A stretch of 64,000 nucleotides of DNA. It comes from Lama glama (Eukaryota). The stretch is taken from positions 67,394,001 through 67,458,000 of the forward strand of contig CM052841.1 of the NCBI GenBank assembly GCA_028534125.1, read 5' to 3'. Each line of letters begins with the position of its first letter. The stretch's first letter is position 1. A program made the translations under genes and the position numbers. Shown here piece after piece: positions 48,771 to 61,480 of this stretch. Below the pieces are notes generated by a model, which was not told the DNA's origin, searched no databases, and was given only the letters and a program-made list of their open reading frames with translations.

Positions 48771-51700
48771 GATTTGGCCCCGAGGGAGAGCCCAGTCCTG
48801 GCAGTGGAGGTGTGTGAGCCTCTCCTCGGGGGGGAGAGCCCCACAGGCCCCCGCCCTGACCGGCTCCCGGGGCCCTTTCCCCCTGCCCGGGGCTGAAGGG
48901 AGAAGCAGCAGCTGGTTCTGCAGGGCCAAGGAGGGCAGGAAGGGACCAGCCGTGAGGAGGGGGTGCCTGCTGTCCCAGCAGGGCCCTCCCAACCCCTCGG
49001 GAGCCTGCAGGGTGAGGCTGCTGGCCGAGGGCGCTGGGGGACTGCCACGTGGACGAAGCCGGCACTCTTCCCTTTCCGCACGCATGTTCAGGAAATGAAC
49101 TTTTTCCTCCTCCTTTTCTGGGTGGCTTCCCGGGGAGGCTGGGGCCGTGGGAGGGGAGGCGGGCCCTGGACATGGAGTTGCTCCGGAGTGTCCCTCCCCG
49201 CCCAGGGCTGTGCCCTCTCCCCACCAGGGTGTGCGCCCTTTGCTCGGATGCCGCCAGGGTCAGCTGCCCCCTGGGCCCCACGCGTTACCAGAGTTGGGGA
49301 CCCCGGAAGCCTCGTGAGCCCCTGCAGGGCTTCAGCAGGACCGCAAGCATGCGTGCTGTGGACAGTCAGCCGGGGCCTCCACCTGTGCCGCTGGCTGGCT
49401 TCCTCTGCGGCCTCGGTTTGCCCCTCTGTGCCCCAGAGGTGGGTGTGGACTGGATGTGGGGGTTCAGACACCAGCTTCAGTGGTGCACAGGCTGGTCCCG
49501 GCTTGGCCACATCTGGGCTGTGGAGCCTTGAGCGAGTGGCTGTCGCTGCCCGAGGCTCAGTTTCCCTGCCTGAGTCGGTGCACAGTGAATGCTCAGGCAC
49601 TGGGCAGGGTTGTGGCCACCACTGCACTGCGCCTTCCCAGGGCCTGGTGGGGCCCACCAAGGGATGTTCCAGAGAGCACCGGCCTGGGCCTGGGGGCAGG
49701 CAATGCAGCTCCAGGCCGCAGGGCCGCCGGGTGCCGTGTGGGGCCGGAGCCCCGGAAAGGGAGGGGTATGGGAGGCAGGCCCCGGGGGTGTCTGTCCACC
49801 GCATGCCACCGCCTCCCCTGCCAGCTCCTCTGGTGTCAACCCCAAGACAGACTCGGCCCCCAGTCCGGCCATCAGCAAGCCTAGGACGGCTGTGGCCTGG
49901 ACGCCACCACTGGTGACCACTGCCTCCTCCTCTGCGACTGACTCAGCCTGTGGGAAGCCTGGTGGGGGCTGGGGTGGGCCGAGCCGACTCCTGGGCCGGG
50001 ACTGGCCAGGGTGCCCCACTCTTGGCAAAACTCCAGCCGGGCCGGGGAGCCAGGGTCTGGGGCAGGGCTGCTCCGATGAAATCAGATTCGAGCACCGGCT
50101 GTGTTCTGCCTCTTGGAACCAAACCCGGGCTCTGCCCCCTCCCTGCTTGGATCTGCCCCCCCCTGCCCTCGGCCCCCCTTGCCCTCCGCCCGCTGGCACG
50201 GCTTCCACGCATCCGCCCTTGTAAATGTGCTCGCGAATGCACTCTGGAATGGGAAAGAATTTTAGGTCTTTGTGAAGTTTTATTTGGGGAAATACAGAAA
50301 CCAGGTGGACAAAATTAGCTGCATTTAGGTTTGTAACACTTGTGACATGTATTAAGAATGCTTCAAGTGCAGTTTTTGATACTCCTTCCAGGGGAAGTGG
50401 AAAAGGTTTTTTTTTGAATTCAGTTTTGAGGAAAACTCATGTCCCTCAGGAGGCAGTTCTAAGGGGGCTTTTGTTTCTCTCCTTAAAGGTCAGTCCAAGT
50501 TGCTGTGAGAGTGAAGGAGGCCCGTCTGCTCCCGGGCTCAGGCCGTGGGGGTTGTGGGGGCTGGGGGCGTGGGGTGTGGTGGGAGTAGAGGGTGTGGGCA
50601 TGGGGGCCGTGGGGCCGCGGGGGGTGTCGGGGCGTGAGGGCTGGGGGGTGGGGGGATGCGAGCAGAGTAGAGGGCATGGGCGGGGGCCGCGGGGGCGGGT
50701 CTGGGGTCAGGCTGGAAGGGGGCTACAGGGCTGAGCTGAGCAGCTGGGGAGCCCGCTGCATGTTCTCAGCTGGCACCCCCACACCCAGCAGGCCCCTAGG
50801 CACCCCGGCTGGGGGTCCCTCCTCCTCCAGCTCTCTGTGTGGGGCCCCAGAACCCCCAGGGGCAAGTGGAGGCGGGTGCTGTCTGCAGCGGGGGCTGAGA
50901 GTGGCTCCAGGGCACGTGACCCCACCCTAGGAGGGCCTGGGGTTCCACGGTCAGGCCCTCCGTCCCCGCCAGGGCCTTGGCACGCCAGGAGGTGCCTTTC
51001 AAAAGGCCTGTGGTCCTCTGCAGCCGATGGCCTGCTCCGGCCCGGGGCCTCTCTGTTTCCCCTACTGAGGCTGTTACAATGGCCCAGGGACAAGGCCCGC
51101 AACCCCGAAGTCTCTTCCAAGGCAGCCTCTTCCCTGGACGGTTCTGTGATCCGGCCCTGGCTCCGGCGCACAGAGGCCAAATCCCGCGCCTACCCCGGTC
51201 TCCTGCGCACACGCCAGCCCCCCTGCTGCTGGGCGCTGCCCCCTCCGCCCCGCCTTGAGTCAGCCTGCAATGGGGCTCTGCGTGCAGGGGAGGCGGGGGC
51301 CGCGCTTGCTGTCTCTCAGGGCCGGGGGGGTGGGCTACGCTGCGGCTCAGGCGCTCGGAGGAGCCGGAGAGCGTGCACCTTTGGGTATCTCACCCCCGTG
51401 TCATGGTGTAGACCCTCCCCACCGCAGGCCCCTGGTCCTGGCCCAGCTGGCCCGCCTTGTAGGACGTCTGGCTGTCTGTGGAGTCCAGCCACTCCGGCCA
51501 CCTCTGACCTTGGGCGCATCCTGGGCGCTCTCAGCCGTCCCCTCCCCGCAGGCCCCTGGCTTTCCCACTTGGGCTCCACTGCCTGTCCTGGCCCTCGGGG
51601 TCTCTCAGGGGTCCCTTGTCCTTCTGGGCAGCACCAGCGGGCTTTGCCGTGACCATCAGTCCTTGTTCCTCGCAGATACCATCTGCCCGTCCAGCAGCAA

Positions 51701-53123
51701 CACCGTCCAGCTCCTCCTGGTCGAAGTCGCGACACCAGCACAGCGGGCCCTGTAGGCCGTCTGTGCCCTGGCAACCAGCTGGGACACAGCCTCCTCGGAC
51801 CACTCGGAACCACTGTCTCGGGCTAGGTGCTCCGAGTGTGGACGCTGAGCTGCAGTTTGCGAGGGCAGATGTGTACGAGGCGCGCACACGGCGCGGGGCA
51901 GGGGGAGCCCGGACGGAGCAGAGACAGCGGCTGTAGGTGCTGCAGGCCCGCAAGGCGTTGCCCAGCTCCATGGGGGCGCGGGGTGAGTGCGCCCGACGGA
52001 GCGTCCAGCGTTAGACAGCGGTGTCTGAACCACGCGAGCCCCCCCAACCCCTCTCACTCTGAATGTGGGCCCCAGGAAGGGGGGAGGCCCCAAGGAAGTG
52101 CTGACCGCGCCCCGCGCCAGCCACACTTCCTGCAGGGACCTCAGGGCTCAGTCCCTCGTGGAAGGGGCGTCACAGTGGTGCCGAGAGCGAGCGACACGGC
52201 CCGGGGCTGGGCGTGGCAGTGGACGTCGGGGCAGACTGGGCTCCGGCGCCCGGGACTCGTTCGTCTTCCCGAGGGGCTGGCCGCTCTGTGCGGGCAGGGT
52301 GGGGTCTGCGGTCTGCTGCTGCCCCCGTTCTGGGCATGGCTCAGCTGCGTCTGTTTTGAGCATGGACTGTGGGCCAGGCTTCGATGATTTCCTAGAGGAG
52401 CGCTGGGTCACCCTTGTGCCTTCTGCAGGGCACCCCCAACCCCTGCCAGGATCCAGGGCTCCCGTCCCGCACCCTCTGAGGGGCTCCCACCCTGGCCTGG
52501 GGCAATGAGTCTGAGCAGGCAGCCTGTGCCCTGGCGGGGCTTCGATGCTCTTTCAAGCCTGTGAAGGGAGGAAAAGCCTCTTGTTTTGGTTTGCGCACGG
52601 ATTGGCAGAGAAGCGACCTCTCGCGCAGTTTATGGAGTGGCGGCAACTGGGATCGAGGCAGGAGCTGGGCCAGGCTGTGGCAGCAAGGGGGCGGGAGCCA
52701 GCTATGCTACCGGCCGGACTCCCTCGGGGCTCATCTGTCTGCTGGATGAGGGGGTCTCCCCCCCAGGCTCTGACTCCCTTGGGGACGGTGTGACGGGATC
52801 CACTGCCTGGACGCAGAAGGGCAAGTGGCCACGTGGTGTCTGGGCCGGAGGCTCTGTCCCTCGCCCGTCTGTCGGAGGAGAGCGGCCCAGGCGCAGAGAG
52901 CCTGTCACACTTGGTGTGACCCGACCCTGAGCCGGTTTCACGATGGAATCTTCTCTGCAAACACTGTTGCCCTTGCCCGCGCAGCGGGGTTTGATGGAGA
53001 ACACCTTGGGAAGTGTTGCCTCCCTTTCCCATCAAAGGAATAAGAGAAACCATCCCGGTAGATGGTCCTGTCCGTGGTGGAAGGACAGACGCCCAGCCTG
53101 TCTTTGCAGATGGCCATGGGGTC

Positions 53124-53466
53124 TGTTACAGACCGAGTGTGCCACCCCTCCGGCAGCTCCGGCGGGACTGTATTTGGAGATGCGGCCTTCGTGGAAGTTG
53201 TTAAGGCTAAATGAGGCCCTGGGGGTGGGGCCCCAGTCCTGTTTAATCGCAGTCCTTATGAGAAGAGATGGGACCGTCTCTTTCTTTGCCCTGTGAGGAC
53301 TGCGGGAAGGTGGCTTTCCAAAAGCCAGGAAGAGAGCTCTCACCAGAAACGGAAGCGGTTGGAACCTTGATCCTGGACCTCGCAGCCTCCGGAAGTGTGC
53401 GAAGGGCCTTGCTGCTCTGGCCCCCAGTCTGCGGCGTGTGGCTAGGGCCACCTGAGCAGCCTGAGT
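53124..53466 (+). mobile_element. MLT1A-type MaLR LTR
   Basis: gactgtatttggagat...ttaaggctaaatgaggcc...gtccttatgagaagaga...aagccaggaagagagctctcaccagaaac...accttgatcctggac...cagcctcc. Confidence 0.8.
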
Positions 53467-53874
53467 GTCCAGATGCTCAGTCACGCTGACACCAGGGGAC
53501 TGGTGGCTTTGCTCTAGCAAATATGATAGTGACGCCCCTGGGAGGTGGTAGAGAGAACTGAGCTTGAGGATCTTCCAATGGTCCAGGGACTCCAGGAAAA
53601 AGAAAGGAAGGACCTGCTCAGGGCCAAGGCAGGTTCCCAAGTCATAGCCGGGAATGGCTTAGGAGCCTGGAGCCCGAAAGTGCGCTCTGGGGCTGGACGC
53701 TCCCTCCGGCGAATGGGTCTCGGGAGCCCTAGCGCTCCTCAGTACTTGCCGAGTGCTTTGTGCACTTTAGCCCCATCATTTTATTTAAAATACTTGGCAT
53801 GGTGGATCCTCTGTCCGAAATAGCTGCCACTGTGTGAGCATCTCCCGCTCAGCATGTCCCCTCGTGCTGCAGGT

Positions 53875-54395
53875 GTTAGCACCAGCATCGCGGTGTGAAA
53901 TGACACACCCTTGTTGTCGCACAGTTTCTAGGGCAGGGGTCTGGGCACAGCAGGTCCTTGGCAGGGCTGCCATCGGGTGCTGGAGGCTGGGCTGCACCTG
54001 GAAGCTTGGCCCGGGAAGGACCCAAGCCCCTGTCTCCAGTGGTTGCTGGGAGATTCAGGGCCTTGTGGGGTGTCACACGAGGGCTTCTGTTTCTTGCTGG
54101 CAGTCCCCTAGAGACCACCATCAATTCCTTGCTGATTGCTGGGGGGCCGCCTCAGGCCACCCTCAGTCCCATGGGGCCCTCTCCTACGGCCGCGTCCTTC
54201 ATCAAAGCCAGCAAGAGAGACGGTCTCCTGGAACGTTGGGCAAGATGGAATTCTGTCAAGCACCACGCAAGAGACAACCCACTTCCTGTGCTGTAGTCTG
54301 CTGAGTGTGAGGTCTCAGGTCAGCCCCCACGCAAGGGGAAGGGGTTACGCAAGGACCCTGGGATCATGGAAGCCACTTTAGAACTTGTCCAGCAG
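53875..54395 (-). mobile_element. MLT1 (E/F/G-type) MaLR LTR
   Basis: cacagtttctagggcagg...gttgctgggagattcag...ttcttgctggc...aaggggaagggg...ggatcatggaagccactttaga. Confidence 0.6.
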
Positions 54396-55224
54396 AGTCT
54401 GCTCTCTGGCCCCTGGTGACTCACGTCCCTCCCACACATCAGACAGTCATCCATCCGAGGTTCCCGAGTCTCATCCCATTACAGCGTCTGCTCAAAGCCC
54501 AGGGGCTGTGCACTAGATGGGGGGTGGGCGTGGGGCTGTCCCTGGACGGCTGACTCCCCATTTCTGCCCTAGGTGCGTGACCAGGAGAGCGGGAAGAGAT
54601 GCCACAGGGGACGAGGGACCCACAGGTGGCCTCTGGCAGGGGGACAGCCCAGCCCACGACAGCCTGCGTGTCCACACAGCAGGGGCGCCTTTATTTCTGC
54701 ATGGAATTTCATTCCTGGGTTGCGGGGTGCGGAGACATGTGTCCCAAAATTTAAATCAAGTTCATTCTACATACCAGCAAGCCACGTGCAGCCCTCGGCA
54801 CTTCCTGCCTCCCTCCACAGAGACCTCATGATGAGGCTGGTCCTGGCTTGGCCCCGTCCTGGGCTCAAGGGGAAAGCAAGTCTCGTCCTCCACTGCAGTC
54901 CACGATGATGACCCGGCAGGCCCCGGGCCCCTGAGGGCCTGACCTTGACAGAGGCCAGGACATGCACTTCCTCTCAGAGCCGGGCCTGGTCAGTGGGGGG
55001 ACAGGATCAGAAGTCCCACTTCCGACCTGCTGGGTGTCAAAGTTACTCATCTTCCTTGTCTGTCAGATGGGAACAGCGACCCGGCTCCGTCTGCCTCACT
55101 GGAGGGCGATGAGCGTCGGGTGGGAGGGTGGCGTCCCAAGGCTCATGGGGTGGGAGACACGCACCCACAGGTGGGATCCACGCCTCGGCATTGCCCCGAG
55201 TGCCCGTGCCCTGCTGGGGGAAGG

Positions 55225-55520
55225 GGGCGGTGGGATAGCCCCGCTGGACACCGTCCGGCCTCGTCTGTCGAAGCTGAGCCCGCCGTGTGCTGTGACCGAG
55301 GCTCTTCCCCTCAGGGAGCGCACACATGGGCCCCAAGAGATGTGTGCAAACATGTGCGTAGCAGCTCTGCTCCACAGCCAGAACCGAGACGTGCTGACTG
55401 TCCCTCTTAGGAAAATGGGTAAATAACAATGGTATTTAGACAAACAACATCCGGCAGTGAAAATAAATGCTCTTTAGCTGTGGAAATACGCAATGGACGC
55501 AAACGTAACGTGCAGAAGAG
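55225..55520 (+). mobile_element. L1ME-type ORF2 end/3' UTR fragment
   Basis: ccaagagatgtgtgcaaacatgtgcgtagcagctctg...aaaatgggtaaataacaatggtattt...cagtgaaaataaatg. Confidence 0.6.
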
Positions 55521-56488
55521 ACTGGGGACCAGCAGCAGTCAAGCAGCACGGAGAACGGGCCGCCCGTGCCGAGCCCTGGACCTCGGGCAGAGTGGCGGGG
55601 TCGGGGACCCGGGCAGCACGAGGACCGCTAATGACCATCCGATGCCTTTCTGATGCCTTGAGGCATACTGACAGCTCTCCGCCTGCTAGCGGGGCTGCCG
55701 TTCCCCGCACGCCGGCACGCAGGCGCGTCCCATGCCTTTTCTCTGTCCTCCTTCCATCGGCGGGCACCACCGGGTCATCGCGGAACCGCGGCGCCCTCGC
55801 AGCAAGAGGAGGCACGGCTGTTCCTGCTCAGGAGTTCTCCTCCAGGCAGTTACTGGGGCCCCAGGCTCCCCCCGGGGCTCCCCCGAAGCCTGTACAGAGA
55901 GAGAGCATGGCGGCACCGCGCCTCCCACCACCTTGACCGGGAAGTGCTCCTGGCGCCCCCTCTTCCCTCTCATTGGTGAGAACCGATCACACGGTTCCAC
56001 CCAGCTGCAAGGGAGGCGGGGAAACGTCCGTGGCAGCGCAGCGGCTCCCAGCACCACTCTGCACCACGGAAAGGGAGTCAGGCCCCTGCGGTCAGCTGGC
56101 CGCTTCTGCCACGGCTCAGGCCTCCGATTCTTGGCTTGGTAGCACTTCCTTGGGGGGATTTTAACCATTCAGAATCTCATCCACTTTGTGCAGATTTTGT
56201 GGTCAAATAATGAGAATCTGGGGACATCTATAGCCCGATTTCAGAGCTTCTGTGACTCATCTTTTATTCCAGGGCTGCATGAAGGGATGGTGGGAAACTC
56301 GGCCAAGCACTGGGTTGAACTTTCTGCTAGACTCTGGGTCAGCAAACTCTCCCCAACAGCTGCCCCTCCTGCATTTCGAGCTGCATTTTCACTGGGATCA
56401 CAGAAGCAGAAGGCGGGCGCTTGGACAGAGGCATTTTTCTGGCTGAAGCTGGAGGAACGGCTCTAAGGGGATGGTGATTCTTTGCATC

Positions 56489-56872
56489 GTTACCAAGCCA
56501 AACTTGAGTCCGCTCGCCTGCTGTGCAGCAAAGCCAGTCTGTGACATCAGGCCGTGCTGAAGCGCAGTGCAGCATCTATTGCACGGTGCCGAGCACGGAG
56601 AATGGGCTGCTCGTGCTCAAAGACTGGAACTCCCTGAAGACTTTCAAGGAAAGGTTCTTAAAGACAAAATGAGGGAGAGGATCGTGGGGTGCATGCTCAG
56701 CTTGTGCACGCTTCTCTGACTGGTTGGTGGGGAGGTTACAGGACGATGTGTCAGGAATCTCAGTCATCAACCTTCTGGTTCCAGCTGGTCTGGGGTCTAC
56801 GTGCTGGTGGTCAGCACGCAGTTAACTTCTTCCACCTGGTCGGGGTTTGAGTATCTGCAAAACAGCTCAGCG
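56489..56872 (-). mobile_element. MER41-like (cetartiodactyl MER41_BT/SS-type) ERV1 LTR
   Basis: gttaccaagccaaacttgagtccgctcgcc...gtgctcaaagactggaactccctga...ttctctgactggttggtggggaggttacagg...gttaacttcttccacctgg...tctgcaaaacagctcag matches the recalled reverse consensus. Confidence 0.7.
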
Positions 56873-57760
56873 TGAAAACTTGGGGGAGGACCCTCCAAAG
56901 TCAGCTCGGACGTGGGTACTTCCACCATCAAGGAGATGCAGGCAGCAGGGGCCCGAGGATCAATGTCCGGCTCCTTCTCGTCAGAGTTTCGGGCTTCCTG
57001 CGCCGATGTCCTGGAGGACAGTCCTCTGCTCTGGTCCAGGGCCCTCTCTTTCATGGGGATGGTCCTTAGAGACCAGTTCTGGGGTCAGTGGCCTGTGTTC
57101 AAATCCTGACCCCACTGTGTGGGCTCCTGGGCAGGCCAGCGACCCTTCAGAACCTCCCGGCTATAAAATTGGGGTGAGGATGGGGCCTGGCTTGTTGGGC
57201 TGTTGGGGGAATCCATGAAATAGTGGATGGAGAGCACTCTGCCTGGGACCTGGCTGGAGGGACCGTGGGGATCCTGTTCCTGTGTTTCTGCGCGCACCAC
57301 GCTGCCCCCGCCTGGCCTGTGTGCACCTGGGGGTGCAGCTCTTCAACCGCGTCTGTGGAGAGCTCCCTGGAGGAAGCTTCCAGCAGAGCGCTGGTGTCCC
57401 CTTGCCTCGGCCAGTGAACTGCAGAGTGTATGTGCTCCCGGGAGGGGTGCTGCTCGCCGGGGGCCCCGCCGTCCTTCCCACCTTCCTTTCCCACTTGTGT
57501 GCTTGTCGTCCTGGGCCTGTGTTCTCTCCATGGATAAAGAAGGGGCTTCGTTATAACCTGAGCCCCAAACAGGGTCCTTCTGTGGCCAGACATGCGGCCC
57601 CTGGGACAGTGATCATGGGGGCTGTCATGAATGGGCCCGGGGCCTGGCATACAGTAGGTGCATAACAAAGCCATCCACAAACATCGAGCGCCTGAGGTGT
57701 GCCAGGCGCGGTGTGCGTGTCTGTTGACTCCACAACAGAAGAGTGTTTTCTTCCCCACAA

Positions 57761-57980
57761 TTTAAAAAAATTTTTTATTGAAATGTAGTTGATTTACGAT
57801 GTCAGTTTCAGGTGTGCGGCAGACGGTTCAGTCATACAGACACATGCATGTGGACATTTTCTTTTGATTCTTTTCCATTATAGGTTATTGCAAGATACTG
57901 AATATAGTTCCCTGTGCCGTCCAGTAGGCCCTCCTTGTTTATCCATTTTATCCACAGTAACACGTGCCTATTAACCTCCC
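57761..57980 (-). mobile_element. Laurasiatherian/artiodactyl L1 3' end
   Basis: ttttttattgaaatgtagttgatttac...gtttcaggtgt...gattcttttccattataggttattgcaagatactgaatatagttccctgtgc. Confidence 0.85.
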
Positions 57981-59694
57981 CGTTTATGGATGAGGCTCTG
58001 GGGTGAGTGACTTGCTGTGGGCCATGGAGGGGCTGAGTAAGCAGCTGTGATCTGAAGCCTGTCTGGCTCCAGGGACGCCCCCTAGCTGCTTCGGTGCCCT
58101 GACCTGCTTCGTGGCGACGACCTGGCCCCCCCCCCGACCCCGTGTAACCCTCCCGCCCCCTGCTGCAGTGCAGCGAGCGCGCGGCGGGGCTTGCCGGGCA
58201 GTGGAGCTGGAGAACAAGCCACTGCTGACTTATATAAAGTTCCGTCCACGTCCTCGGGTGTCACGGAAGGTTTTGGAGAAGATAGGATGTGGATCTTCTC
58301 AAAGGCTGGTCGAGGTGCCCCTGTCAGGCCACGCCTGAAGTCGCAAGTCAGCCCACCAGAAGGAGGACCACGTCCAGCCCTCCAGCTGAGGCCTGTGCCG
58401 CCAGTGAGCCCAGATGTGCCTCTGCAGGCTTTCAACACGAGCGTTAGGAATCTGTCCGTGTGTTTCAGAACAGCCGGCTCACGCCCGCCCAGCATCTGAT
58501 TCAGATGGAGGATTGCCGAGTTCACCGCCCCCCCCACCCCCGCCCTTGAGCCTTACTGGTTTGCATGTTCTCTAAACGGACAGTTAGGATTAAAGTGAGT
58601 TCCAGTGTTTTGTGCAATCCTTGAAGATAAGGAGTCCAGTTGGGGTTTGGAGCAGAATTCTTTGTGCTGCCAAAGCATTCCCGAGAGTCCAGAGTCACAG
58701 CGCAGCCGGGATGCCCGCGTGCGCTGCTTGCTGTAACCGGTGGGGGCTGGCGGGGGGGCGGGGCGCCAGCTCAGAGGGCATTTCATTCACGCATTCATTC
58801 ATCCCCTAGCAGGCAGTTGCTGAGTTCCTGGTCTGGGCTGGTACCTTGCCCGGTGCTGAGAACACAATAGTAAGCAAGAAAGAAAAACAAAAAACCAAAA
58901 AACCACCCTGCCCTGCGCCAAAGGAGCTAGCCCTGTAGGAGAGGAGAGATTTAGCCAAGGGACTGAGAACTGAGTATAATTCCCCAAGTGGGAGGTGCAG
59001 AAAGGGCAGGTTCTAGGGTTCTCTGGAGGTGAGCGAGACAAAGGGGTGGAGGACAACGGGGAGGAGGTGAGGCAGGGTGCTGAGAACGGGCAGATAGCCA
59101 GGCTGGAGTGAGGTCCTGGAACTAACCCCTTCGTTTCTGAACGGCCCCGGTGTCTGGAAGGAGAGGGGAGCATGGAAAGTCCCTGTCCCTGCTGAGCGAC
59201 AGGCAGTGTTTCAGCATTTTATGCCCTGTCTCAGTGTCCCCGTGCGCCTGTTGTACAGTCGCCCTCTGGAGCAATGGGAGGACATGAATGGGAGCAGAGT
59301 GAGGGGTAGGGACGGAACCAGGCAGCATCTGGTTGGGTCCCCGACTGCAGGGGAGGACAGGTGGTGGAGGACGGGCAGAGGACGCACCACCAGGCACCAG
59401 GGTCCCCCTGTCCTCTGAGCAGGAGACGGTGCTGGACGCTGGGCCGGGTGGGTCCGGAGCCTAAGGTGACGTCTCCGCTGTTTAGAAGGAAGGGGCCGGT
59501 GCCCAGTGCCTGGCTGGCTCTGGGTTTGCCTGGAAAGTCCAGTTTGAAGCCTCTTCTCGGGGGCAGTTGGGGGACGGCCCCTTCACCGTGTGGTTAATTC
59601 TGGGCCGTGAGCCCGGGGCCGGCTGTGATTTTCCTTCTCCTTCTCAGGCACAACGGACGTCTTCCCGCCCAGGACGGCCTCGGGGGCCTGAGTG

Positions 59695-60010
59695 TGCCGT
59701 AGGCTGGCTTCCCACCCAGGCAGACCCCAAGACAGAGATCTGGATGCAAGTAGTTTACTGCGGAGGTGCTCCTGGGAGTCCCTGCGAGGCCGTGGGGAAG
59801 TTAGATGGGGGAGGGGGACCAAGAGTGTGTCCTAATGAGCGGAGCCTCTGAGCTCTCTCTCTGAGGGTGGTGGGGACACTGGGGACTTCTGACTCCTTGT
59901 TCTTCGAGGGTTGTTCTGGGGACTTCAGTCCTGTGTGTTCATGGACAGAGCAACCCCTCAGCAGAGAAGCCTCCCGGCTAAGAACGGTGGGCAGCAGGGG
60001 TCATGGTGCG
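59695..60010 (-). mobile_element. ERVL LTR (LTR16/LTR33-like) fragment
   Basis: gcagaccccaagacagagatctggatgcaagtagtttactgcggaggtg. Confidence 0.5.
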
Positions 60011-60819
60011 CTGCCCACGTGACCCGGGGCAGGCTGAGGGCGTGTGGGCAGGTTTTCGCCTTGTTCAGACTCCTTGAGCCTCTCCACCGGCCCTTTCTGT
60101 CCGGTCTTTGATGCTTCAGTATGGTGGCTCTCAGCATCCCCCAAAACCCCGCCTCAATTCAGGAGAGTTAGTGGGATGAGCTGGAATGCCTTCCGGTGCA
60201 TCCTCGCTACATCCTGCCTGCCTGGCCCCGCCTGCCTGACCCCACCCCCGCACCCCCGCTTCTGCGGGCCTGGGCTGCTCGCCATGCAGAGACCGCAGCC
60301 TTCCCGCGCCAGGCCTGGGAGTCCCGGCTTCCGTTGTCCCTGGCTGCTGTGGTGGTCCATCGACTCTTATCCCCAGGGTGGTGGCCCCCAGAGGGCGCCC
60401 AGAACGACCCTCCTGCCCCATGACGCGGCTGCACCCCCAGCCCCTCGTGGGGAGGGTGGGGAGGGAGGATGGGGCACCCCTTTCTTTGCTTTTGGCTCAG
60501 CTACCCTGAGGGAACCGAGAGCAGGAGGTTCGCAGAGACCCTTGTGAACCTCCCTGGAGGAAGGGTATCATCCCTGGGGACTGGGCCTCTCGTGCTACAG
60601 ACTGAAGCTGTGAGGATGGAAGCCGGATTCCCAGGGCTGGGCTCGGGGTGGGCGTGGGAGGGCCGCTGCGGTGGGAAGGGCTGTGCCGCGCGCGCCTTGG
60701 CTCCCAGGTCCGTGCCTTCTACTTTCTGGGCTCAAAGCGCTCACTGAACAGTGGCCGCCGGTTCAAAGCGTTTATGGCGCCTTGAAGCACAAGGGCTCAA
60801 AATATATACGGAACCTTTC

Positions 60820-61480
60820 CCTTTTCTCTTTAATGTATTTCTAGCGAGATGAAATTTGCATAACATACAATTATCCACCTTAAAGTGAACAGCTCAGTGG
60901 CGTCTAGCGCATTCACGATGTCGCGCGGCCAGCCCTCCAGCTAGCTCGGAAACGTGTTTATCGCCCCACGCACATGAAATAACCACGCCCGCTCCTCTGC
61001 CCCAGTTTCCCGGCAGCCGCCCGTCCGCCTGGATCTGCTCTTTGTGGCCTTCCCTCTCCCCGGGGTCGCACGATGGGTGACCGCTCCTGCCTGGCTGCTT
61101 TCCCGCGTCGGTTTCTGAGGTCCGTCCCCAGCGCGACGGGCACCAGGACGCCGCCCCCTGCAGTGGCTGAGCGCTGCTCCGCCGAGAGCACAGACCACGT
61201 CTGCTCACCGGTTCCTGCCGGTGGACTTGCGGGCTGTCTCTACCTGCTGGCTGTTACACGGAAGGACAGCGTCCTCCTCCACAGAGGCCACCGTCCAGCC
61301 GGGCCAGGAGGTAGGACGCCACGGAGCTTTCTGGGTGACGAGGTGGGAGGCAGGGCCACCGGGGCCGGGGGTGGTGGTCCCGTGCCGCTGCCTCGCCATA
61401 GCGCGGCCCCGCTGGCCCGAGGCACGTCCCGCGGGTCCCGTGCTGCGGAGCGAGGCGCCCGCGGGCCCGTGGCGCGTGCA
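60820..61480 (-). mobile_element. L1MB-type 3' end, progressively GC-converted
   Basis: gagatgaaatttgcataacatacaattatccaccttaaagtgaacagctcagtgg...ggtggacttgcgggctgtctctacctgctggctgtt follows the reverse L1MB 3' UTR layout. Confidence 0.7.
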
